From assembly GCF_036365525.1 (NCBI RefSeq), contig NC_090378.1, forward strand, positions 124,605,593 to 124,669,592: 64,000 bases of DNA. The letters run 5' to 3'. Shown here in pieces: positions 1 through 11,621 of this stretch; within the stretch, counting starts at the first letter, position 1; each line of letters starts with the position of its first letter. The translations under genes and the position numbers were made by a program. Below the pieces are notes generated by a model that saw only the letters and a program-made list of their open reading frames with translations, searched no databases and was not told the origin of the DNA. The stretch is from Heterodontus francisci (Eukaryota).

Positions 1-399
1 GTTATATATAATATATAATAATGGACACAAAGTCCCACCTCCTTTACTGACACATCCCACAGTTATATATAATATATAATAAAGGACACACAGTCCCACC
101 TCCTGTACTGACCCATCCCACAGTTATATATAATATATAATAATGGACACACAGTCCCACCTCCTTTACTGACACATCCCACAGTTATATATAATATATA
201 ATAAAGGACACACAGTCCCACCTCCTGTACTGACCCATCCCACAGTTATATATAATATATAATAATGGACACACAGTCCCACCTCCTGTATTGACACATC
301 CCACAGTTATATATAATATATAATAAAGGACACACAGTCCCACCTCCTGTACTGACCCATCCCACAGTTATATATAATATATAATAATGGACACACAGT

Positions 400-2830
400 C
401 CCACCTCCTTTACTGACACATCCCACAGTTATATATAATATATAATAATGGACACACAGTCCCACCTCCTTTACTGACACATCCCACAGTTATATATAAT
501 ATATAATAAAGGACACAGTCCCACCTCCTGTACTGACCCATCCCACAGTTATATATAATATATAATAATGGACACACAGTCCCACCTCCTTTACTGACAC
601 ATCCCACAGTTATATATAATATATAATAATGGACACACAGTCCCACCTCCTGTACTGACCCATCCCACAGTTATATATAATATATAATAATGGACACACA
701 GTCCCACCTCCTTTACTGACACATCCCACAGTTATATATAATATATAATAAAGGACACACATTCCCACCTCCTTTACTGACACATCCCACAGTTATATAT
801 AATATATAATAAAGGACACAGTCCCACCTCCTGTACTGACCCATCCCACAGTTATATATAATATATAATAATGGACACACAGTCCCACCTCCTTTACTGA
901 CACATTCCACAGTTATATATAATATATAATAATGGACACAAAGTCCCACCTCCTGTACTGACACATCCCACACTTATATCTAACATATAATAATGGTCAC
1001 ACAGTCCCACCTCCTGTCCTGACACATTTCCCAGTTATATATAATACATAAGAATGGACACACAGTCCCACTTCCTGTACTGACACATCCCACAGTTATA
1101 TATAATATATAATAAAGGACACACAGTCCCACCTCCTGCACTGACACATCCCACAGTTATATATAATATATAATAATGGACACACAGTCCCACCACCTGC
1201 ACTGACACATCCCACAGTTATATATAATATATAATAAAGGACACACAGTCCCACCTCCTGCACTGACACATCCCACAGTTATATATAATATATAATAATG
1301 GACACACAGTCCCACCTCCTGCACTGACACATCCCACAGTTATATATAATATATAATAAAGGACACACAGTCCCACCTCCTGCACTGACACATCCCACAG
1401 TTATATATAATATATAATAAAGGACACACAGTCCCACCTCCTGCACTGACACATCCCACAGTTATATATAATATATAATAAAGGACACACAGTCCCACCT
1501 CCTGCACTGACACATCCCACAGTTATATATAATATATAATAATGGACACACAGTCCCACCACCTGCACTGACACATCCCACAGTTATATATAATATATAA
1601 TAAAGGACACACAGTCCCACCTCCTGCACTGACACATCCCACAGTTATATATAATATATAATAATGGACACACAGTCCCACCTCCTTTACTGACACATCC
1701 CACAGTTATATATAATATATAATAAAGGACACAGTCCCACCTCCTGTACTGACCCATCCCACAGTTATATATAATATATAATAATGGACACACAGTCCCA
1801 CCTCCTTTACTGACACATCCCACAGTTATATATAATATATAATAATGGACACACAGTCCCACCTCCTGTACTGACCCATCCCACAGTTATATATAATATA
1901 TAATAATGGACACACAGTCCCACCTCCTTTACTGACACATCCCACAGTTATATATAATATATAATAAAGGACACACATTCCCACCTCCTTTACTGACACA
2001 TCCCACAGTTATATATAATATATAATAAAGGACACAGTCCCACCTCCTGTACTGACCCATCCCACAGTTATATATAATATATAATAATGGACACACAGTC
2101 CCACCTCCTTTACTGACACATCCCACAGTTATATATAATATATAATAATGGACACAAAGTCCCACCTCCTGTACTGACACATCCCACACTTATATCTAAC
2201 ATATAATAATGGTCACACAGTCCCACCTCCTGTCCTGACACATTTCCCAGTTATATATAATACATAAGAATGGACACACAGTCCCACTTCCTGTACTGAC
2301 ACATCCCACAGTTATACATAATATATAATAAAGGACACACAGTCCCACCTCCTGCACTGACACATCCCACAGTTATATATAATATATAATAATGGACACA
2401 CAGTCCCACCACCTGCACTGACACATCCCACAGTTATATATAATATATAATAAAGGACACACAGTCCCACCTCCTGCACTGACACATCCCACAGTTATAT
2501 ATAATATATAATAATGGACACACAGTCCCACCTCCTGCACTGACACATCCCACAGTTATATATAATATATAATAAAGGACACACAGTCCCACCTCCTGCA
2601 CTGACACATCCCACAGTTATATATAATATATAATAAAGGACACACAGTCCCACCTCCTGCACTGACACATCCCACAGTTATATATAATATATAATAAAGG
2701 ACACACAGTCCCACCTCCTGCACTGACACATCCCACAGTTATATATAATATATAATAATGGACACACAGTCCCACCACCTGCACTGACACATCCCACAGT
2801 TATATATAATATATAATAAAGGACACACAG
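400..2830 (+). repeat. Higher-order tandem duplication, period 1216 bp (20 monomers, two of them 59 bp); boundaries approximate
   Basis: The marker CACTTATATCTAAC...GGTCACAC...CATTTCCCAG occurs near 971 and 2187. ORFs 713..973 and 1929..2189 are offset by 1216 = 20x61-4. Confidence 0.85.
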
Positions 2831-5800
2831 TCCCACCTCCTGCACTGACACATCCCACAGTTATATATAATATATAATAATGGACACACAGTCCCACCTC
2901 CTGCACTGACACATCCCACAGTTATATATAATATATAATAATGGACACACAGTCCCACATCCTGCACTGACACATCCCACAGTTATATATAATATATAAT
3001 AAAGGACACACAGTCCCACCTCCTGCACTGACACATCCCACAGTTATATATAATATATAATAATGGACACACAGTCCCACCACCTGCACTGACACATCCC
3101 ACAGTTATATATAATATATAATAAAGGACACACAGTCCCACCTCCTGCACTGACACATCCCACAGTTATATATAATATATAATAATGGACACACAGTCCC
3201 ACCTCCTGCACTGACACATCCCACAGTTATATATAATATATAATAAAGGACACACAGTCCCACCTCCTGTACTGACACATCCCACAGTTATATATAATAT
3301 ATAATAAAGGACACACAGTCCCACCTCCTGTACTGACACATCCCACAGTTATATATAATATATAATAATAGACACACAGTCCCACCTCCTGTCCTGACAC
3401 ATCCCACAGTTATATATAATATATAATAATGGACACACAGTCCCACCTCCAGTACTGACACATCGCACAGTTATCTATAATATATAGTAATGGACACACA
3501 GTCCCACCTCCTGTACTGACACGTCCCACAGTTATCTATAATATATAATAATGGACACACAGTCCCACCTCCTGTCCTGACACATCCCACAGTTTTATAT
3601 AATACATAATAATGGACACACAGTCCCACTTCCTGTACTGACACATCCCACAGTTATATATAATATATAATAATGGACACACAGTCCCACCACCTGCACT
3701 GACACATCCCACAGTTATATATAATATATAATAAAGGACACACAGTCCCACCTCCTGTACTGACACATCCCACAGTTATATATAATATATAATAAAGGAC
3801 ACACAGTCCCACCTCCTGTACTGACACATCCCACAGTTATATATAATATATAATAATAGACACACAGTCCCACCTCCTGTCCTGACACATCCCACAGTTA
3901 TATATAATATATAATAATGGACACACAGTCCCACCTCCAGTACTGACACATCGCACAGTTATCTATAATATATAATAATGGACACACAGTCCCACCTCCT
4001 GTACTGACACATCCCACAGTTATATATAATAGATAATAATGGACACACATTCCCACCTCCAGTACTGACACATCCCACAGTTATATATAATATATAATAA
4101 TGGACACACAGTCCCACCTCCGGTACTGACATTTCCCACAGTTATGTATAATATATAATATTGGACAGACAGTCCCACCTCCTGCACTGACACATCCCAC
4201 AGTTATATATAATATATAATAAAGGACACACAGTCCCACCTCCTGCACTGACACATCCCACAGTTATATATAATATATAATAAAGGACACACAGTCCCAC
4301 CTCCTGTACTGACACATCCCACAGTTATATATAATATATAATAATGGACACAAATTCCCACCTCCTGTACTGACCCATCCCACAGTTATATATAATATAT
4401 AATAATGGACACACAGTCCCACCTCCTTTACTGACACATCCCACAGTTATATATAATATATAATAATGGACACAAAGTCCCACCTCCTGTACTGACCCAT
4501 CCCACAGTTATATATAATATATAATAATGGACACACAGTCCCACCTCCTTTACTGACACATCCCACTGTTATATATAATATATAATAATGGACACAAATT
4601 CCCACCTCCTGTACTGACCCATCCCACAGTTATATATAATATATAATAATGGACACACAGTCCCACCTCCTGTCCTGACACATCCCACAGTTATATATAA
4701 TACATAAGAATGGACACACAGTCCCACATCCAGTACTGACACATCCCACAGTTATATATAATATATAATAATGGACACACAGTCCCACATCCTGTCCTGA
4801 CACATCCCACAGTTATATATAATATATAATAATGGACACACAGTCCCACCTCCTGTACTGACATATCCCACAGTTATATATAATATATAATAATGGACAC
4901 ACAGTCCCACCTCCTATACTGACACATCCCGCACTTATATTTAACGTATAATAATGGACACAAAGTCCCACCTCCTTTACTGACACTTCCCACAGTTATA
5001 TATAATATATAATAATGGACACACAGTCCCACATATTGTCCTGACACATCCCACAGTTATATATAATATATAATAATGGACACACAGTCCCACCTCCTGT
5101 ATTGATACATCCCACAGTTATATATAATAAATAATAATGGACACACAGTCCCACCTCCTATACTGACACTTCCCGCACTTATATATCATAAAAAATAAAG
5201 GACACACAGTCTCACCTCCTGTACTGACACATCCCACAGTTATATATAATAGATAATAATGGTCACACAGTCCCACCTCCTGTCCTGACACATTTCCCAG
5301 CTATATATAATACATAAGAATGGACACACAGTCCCACCTCCTGTACTGACACATCCCACAGTTATATATAATATATAATAAAGGACACACAGTCCCACCT
5401 CCTGCACTGACACATCCCACAGTTATATATAATAGATAATAATGGACACACAGTCCCACCTCCAGTACTGACACATCCCACAGTTATCTATAATATATAA
5501 TAATGGACACACAGTCCCACCTCCTGTCCTGACACATCCCACAGTTATATATAATACATAATAATGGACACACAGACCCACCTCCGGTACTGACATTTCC
5601 CACAGTTATGTATAATATATAATATTGGACAGACAATCCCACCTCCTGCACTGACACATCCCACATTTATATATAATATATAATAATGGACACACAGTCC
5701 CACCTCCTGCACTGACAGATACCACAGTTATATATAATATATAATAATGGACACACAGTCCCACCTCCTTTACTGACACATCCCACAGTTATATATAATA

Positions 5801-7759
5801 TATAATAATGGACACAAAGTCCCACCTCCTGTACTGACCCATCCCACAGTTATATATAATATATAATAATGGACACACAGTCCCACCTCCTTTACTGACA
5901 CATCCCACACTTATATCTAACATATGATAATGGTCACACAGTCCCACCTCCTGTCCTGACACATCCCACAGTTATATATAATACATAAGAATGGACACAC
6001 AGTCCCACCTCCTGTACTGACACATCCCACAGTTATATATAATATATAATAAAGGACACACAGTCCCACCTCCTGCACTGACACATCCCACAGTTATATA
6101 TAATAGATAATAATGGACACAAAGTCCCACATCCAGTACTGACACATCCCACAGTTATCTATAATATATAATAATGGACACACAGTCCCACCTCCTGTAC
6201 TGACACATCCCACAGTTATATATAATATATAATAATGGACACACAGTCCCACATCCTGTACGGAGACATCCCACTGTAAAAAATAATATATAATAATGGA
6301 CACACAGTCCCACCTCCTGTACTGACACATCCCACACTTATATCTAACATATAATAATGGACACACAGTCCCACCTCCTGTCCTGACACATCCCACAGTT
6401 ATATCTAACATATAATAATGGACACACATTCCCACCTCCTGTCCTGAAACATCCCACACTTATATCTAACATATAATAATGGACACACATTCCCACCTCC
6501 TGTACTGACACTTCCCAAAGTTATATATAATATATAATAATAGACACACAGTCCCACCTCCTGTACTGACACATCCCAAAGTTATATATAATATATAATA
6601 ATGGACACAAAGTCCCACCTCCTGCACTGACACGTCCCACAGTTATATATAATATATAATAATAGACACACAGTCCCACCTCCTGTACTGACACATCCCA
6701 CAGTTATATATAATATATAATAATGGACACACAGTCCCACCTCCTGTACTGACACATCCCACAGTTATATATAATATATAATAATGGACACACAGTCCCA
6801 CCTCCTGTACTGACACATCCCAAAGTTATATATAATATATAATAATGGACACAAAGTCCCACCTCCTGCACTGACACATCCCAAAGTTATATATAATATA
6901 TAATAATAGACACACAGTCCCACCTCCTGTACTGACACATCCCAAAGTTATATATAATATATAATAATGGACACAAAGTCCCACCTCCTGCACTGACACG
7001 TCCCACAGTTATATATAATATATAATAATAGACACACAGTCCCACCTCCTGTACTGACACATCCCACAGTTATATATAATATATAATAATGGACACACAG
7101 TCCCACCTCCTGTACTGACACATCCCAAAGTTATATATAATATATAATAATGGACACAAAGTCCCACCTCCTGCACTGACACATCCCAAAGTTATATATA
7201 ATATATAATAATGGACACACAGTCCCACCTCCTGTACTGACACATCCCAAAGTTATATATAATATATAATAATAGACACACAGTCCCACCTCCTGTACTG
7301 ACACATCCCACATTTATAAATAATATATAATAATGGACACAAAGTCCTACCTCCTGTACTGACACATCCCAAAGTTATATATAATATATAATAATAGACA
7401 CACAGTCCCACCTCCTGTACTGACACATCCCACAGTTATATATAATATATAATAATGGACACACAGTCCCACCTCCTGTACTGACACATCCCAAAGTTAT
7501 ATATAATATATAATAATGGACACAAAGTCCCACCTCCTGCACTGACACATCCCAAAGTTATATATAATATATAATAATGGACACACAGTCCCACCTCCTG
7601 TACTGACACATCCCACAGTTATATATAATATATAATAATGGACAGACAGTCTCACCTCCTGTCCTGACACATCCCACAGTTATATATAATATATAATCAT
7701 GGACACACAGGCCCACCTCCTGCACTGACATCTGCCGCAGTTATATAGAAGATATAATA

Positions 7760-8110
7760 ATGGACACATTGTACAGCGAGCTCGCCACTGGTATCAGACC
7801 CACCGGCCGTCCATGTCTCCGTTATAAAGACGTCTGCAAACGTGACATGAAATCGTGTGACATTGATCACAAGTCGTGGGAGTCAGTTGCCAGCATTCGC
7901 CAGAGCTGGCGGGCAGCCATAAAGACAGGGCTAAATTGTGGCGAGTCAAAGAGACTTAGTAGTAGGCAGGAAAAAAGACAGAGGCGCAAGGGGAGAGCCA
8001 ACTGTGCAACAGCCCCAACAAACAAATTTCTCTGCAGCACCTGTGGAAGAGCCTGTCACTCCAGAATTGGCCTTTATAGCCACTCCAGGCGCTGCTTCAC
8101 AAACCACTGA
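7760..8110 (+). pseudogene. RTE ORF C-terminal fragment (116-aa ORF, ATG supplied by the satellite, ends in a C-X2-C-X12-H-X3-C zinc-finger-like motif), copy 1
   Basis: ORF track 7760..8110. The first three codons (ATG GAC ACA) are satellite/TSD sequence. The endonuclease and RT core domains are absent. Confidence 0.85.
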
Positions 8111-8163
8111 CCACCTCCAGGCGCGTATCCATTGTCTCTCGAGATAAGGAGGCCCAAAGAACG
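7769..8163 (+). mobile_element. 5'-truncated RTE-clade LINE (non-LTR retrotransposon) 3' end, copy 1
   Basis: Encodes LYSELATGIRPTGRPCLRYKDVCKRDMK...W...R.SWR...CSTCGRACHSRIGLYSHSRRC, resembling the RTE ORF C-terminus (LYGEL..G.R..GRP..R.KD..K.D pattern plus terminal Cys/His finger; AviRTE-like by recollection). Stop at 8110, short 3' UTR with a stem-loop, short AAAGAACG tail, 13-bp TSD on both sides. Confidence 0.92.
8128..8150 (+). other. Putative LINE 3'-UTR stem-loop TCC(A)TTGTCT-CTCG-AGATAA-GGA (also 11586-11608 and 15166-15188)
   Basis: Complementary arms with one G-U pair and one bulged A, just upstream of the tail. 3'-terminal stem-loops are known RT recognition elements in 'stringent' LINEs. 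Confidence 0.6.
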
Positions 8164-11100
8164 AATAATGGACACACAGTCCCACCTCCTATACTGACAC
8201 ATCCCACAGTTACATATAATATATAATAATGGACACACAGTCCCAGCTCCTGTACTGACACATCCCACAGTTACATATAATATATAATAATGGACACACA
8301 GTCCCACCTCCTGCACTGACACATCCCACAGTTATATATAATATATAATAAAGGACACACAGTCCCACCTCCTGCACTGACACATCCCACAGTTATATAT
8401 AATAGATAATAATGGACACACAGTCCCACCTCCAGTACTGACACATCCCACAGTTATCTATAATATATAATAATGGACACACAGTCCCACCTCCTGTCCT
8501 GACACATCCCACAGTTATATATAATACATAATAATGGACACACAGACCCACCTCCGGTACTGACATTTCCCACAGTTATGTATAATATATAATATTGGAC
8601 AGACAGTCCCACCTCCTGTCCTGACACATCCCACAGTTATATATAATACATAATAATGGACACACAGACCCACCTCCGGCACTGACATTTCCCACAGTTA
8701 TGTATAATATATAATATTGGACAGACAGTCCCACCTCCTGCACTGACACATCCCACAGTTATATATAATATATAATAAAGGACACACAGTCCCACCTCCT
8801 GCACTGACAGATACCACAGTTATATATAATATATAATAATGGACACAAATTCCCACCTCCTGTACTGACCCATCCCACAGTTATATATAATATATAATAA
8901 TGGACACACAGTCCCACCTCCTTTACTGACACATCCCACAGTTATATATAATATATAATAATGGACACAAAGTCCCACCTCCTGTACTGACCCATCCCAC
9001 AGTTATATATAATATATAATAATGGACACACAGTCCCACCTCCTTTACTGACACATCCCACACTTATATCTAACATATGATAATGGTCACACAGTCCCAC
9101 CTCCTGTCCTGACACATCCCACAGTTATATATAATATATAATAATGGACACACAGTCCCACCTCCTGTACTGACACATCCCACAGTTATATATAATATAT
9201 AATAATGGACACACAGTCCCACCTCCTGTACTGACACATCCCACAGTTATATATAATATATAATAAAGGACACACAGTCCCACCTCCTGCACTGACACAT
9301 CCCACAGTTATATATAATAGATAATAATAGACACACAGTCCCACATCCTGTACGGAGACATCCCACTGTAAAAAATAATATATAATAATGGACACACAGT
9401 CCCACCTCCTGTACTGACACATCCCACACTTATATCTAACATATAATAATGGACACACAGTCCCACCTCCTGTCCTGACACATCCCACACTGATATCTAA
9501 CATATAATAATAGACACACAGTCCCACCTCCTGTCCTGAAACATCCCACACTTATATCTAACATATAATAATGGACACACATTCCCACCTCCTGTACTGA
9601 CACATCCCACAGTTATATATAATATATAATAATGGACACAACGTCCCACCTCCTGTACTGACACATCCCAAAGTTATATATAATATATAATAATAGACAC
9701 ACAGTCCCACCTCCTGTACTGACACATCCCACAGTTATATATAATATATAATAATGGACACACAGTCCCACCTCCTGTACTGACACATCCCACAGTTATA
9801 TATAATATATAATAATGGACACACAGTCCCACCTCCTGTACTGACACATCCCACAGTTATATATAATATATAATAATGGACACACAGTCCCACCTCCTGT
9901 ACTGACACATCCCACAGTTATATATAATATATAATAATGGACACACAGTCCCACCTCCTGTACTGACACATCCCACAGTTATATATAATATATAATAATG
10001 GACACACAGTCCCACCTCCTGTACTGACACATCCCAAAGTTATATATAATATATAATAATGGACACAAAGTCCCACCTCCTGCACTGACACATCCCAAAG
10101 TTATATATAATATATAATAATAGACACACAGTCCCACCTCCTGTACTGACACATCCCACAGTTATATATAATATATAATAATGGACACACAGTCCCACCT
10201 CCTGTACTGACACATCCCAAAGTTATATATAATATATAATAATGGACACAAAGTCCCACCTCCTGCACTGACACATCCCAAAGTTATATATAATATATAA
10301 TAATAGACACACAGTCCCACCTCCTGTACTGACACATCCCAAAGTTATATATAATATATAATAATGGACACAAAGTCCCACCTCCTGCACTGACACGTCC
10401 CACAGTTATATATAATATATAATAATAGACACACAGTCCCACCTCCTGTACTGACACATCCCACAGTTATATATAATATATAATAATGGACACACAGTCC
10501 CACCTCCTGTACTGACACATCCCACAGTTATATATAATATATAATAATGGACACACAGTCCCACCTCCTGTACTGACACATCCCAAAGTTATATATAATA
10601 TATAATAATGGTCACAAAGTCCCACCTCCTGCACTGACACATCCCAAAGTTATATATAATATATAATAATGGACACACAGTCCCACCTCCTGTACTGACA
10701 CATCCCAAAGTTATATATAATATATAATAATAGACACACAGTCCCACCTCCTGTACTGACACATCCCACATTTATAAATAATATATAATAATGGACCCAA
10801 AGTCCTACCTCCTGTACTGACACATCCCAAAGTTATATATAATATATAATAATAGACACACAGTCCCACCTCCTGTACTGACACATCCCACAGTTATATA
10901 TAATATATAATAATGGACACACAGTCCCACCTCCTGTACTGACACATCCCAAAGTTATATATAATATATAATAATGGACACAAAGTCCCACCTCCTGCAC
11001 TGACACATCCCAAAGTTATATATAATATATAATAATGGACACACAGTCCCACCTCCTGTACTGACACATCCCACAGTTATATATAATATATAATAATGGA

Positions 11101-11217
11101 CAGACAGTCTCACCTCCTGTCCTGACACATCCCACAGTTATATATAATATATAATCATGGACACACAGGCCCACCTCCTGCACTGACATCTGCCGCAGAT
11201 ATATAGAAGATATAATA

Positions 11218-11568
11218 ATGGACACATTGTACAGCGAGCTCGCCACTGGTATCAGACCCACCGGCCGTCCATGTCTCCGTTATAAAGACGTCTGCAAACG
11301 TGACATGAAATCGTGTGACATTGATCACAAGTCGTGGGAGTCAGTTGCCAGCATTCGCCAGAGCTGGCGGGCAGCCATAAAGACAGGGCTAAATTGTGGC
11401 GAGTCAAAGAGACTTAGTAGTTGGCAGGAAAAAAGACAGAGGCGCAAGGGGAGAGCCAACTGTGCAACAGCCCCAACAAACAAATTTCTCTGCAGCACCT
11501 GTGGAAGAGCCTGTCACTCCAGAATTGGCCTTTATAGCCACTCCAGGCGCTGCTTCACAAACCACTGA
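11218..11568 (+). pseudogene. RTE ORF C-terminal fragment, copy 2
   Basis: ORF track 11218..11568; 115/116 aa identical to copy 1. Confidence 0.85.
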
Positions 11569-11621
11569 CCACCTCCAGGCGCGTATCCATTGTCTCTCGA
11601 GATAAGGAGGCCCAAAGAACG
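11227..11621 (+). mobile_element. 5'-truncated RTE-clade LINE 3' end, copy 2
   Basis: Same 395-bp sequence, junctions and TSD (11214-11226 / 11622-11634) as copy 1. The one difference seen is T at 11422 vs A at 7964 (W vs R). Confidence 0.92.

Larger units (their letters stand above)
7756..8176 (+). repeat. 13-bp target-site duplication AATAATGGACACA (7756-7768 and 8164-8176) flanking LINE copy 1; same in copies 2 and 3
   Basis: Direct repeat of satellite sequence on both sides of the insert. Removing the insert plus one TSD restores a 61-bp monomer. The exact boundaries are ambiguous by a few bases because of possible microhomology at both ends. Confidence 0.9.

Noticed and set aside
2-22. 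TATA-box-like TATATAA in every monomer as promoters
   Set aside because: It is simply part of the AT tract, and nothing in the sequence supports promoter function.
90-110. Human PRDM9 13-mer (CCNCCNTNNCCNC), CENP-B box or telomeric TTAGGG in the monomer
   Set aside because: None matches the consensus; the CENP-B box needs two CpGs and the monomer has none.
8083-8124. CTCCAGGCGC direct repeat in the LINE, and CCACCTCC shared between the LINE 3' UTR and the satellite monomer
   Set aside because: The 8-10-bp matches are too short to support origin of the satellite from the LINE, and no further alignment is visible.
7938-8322. Alternative-frame and antisense ORFs over the LINE fragment (69, 79 and 82 aa, in all three copies)
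   Set aside because: Shadow ORFs of the RTE frame with no recognisable motif.
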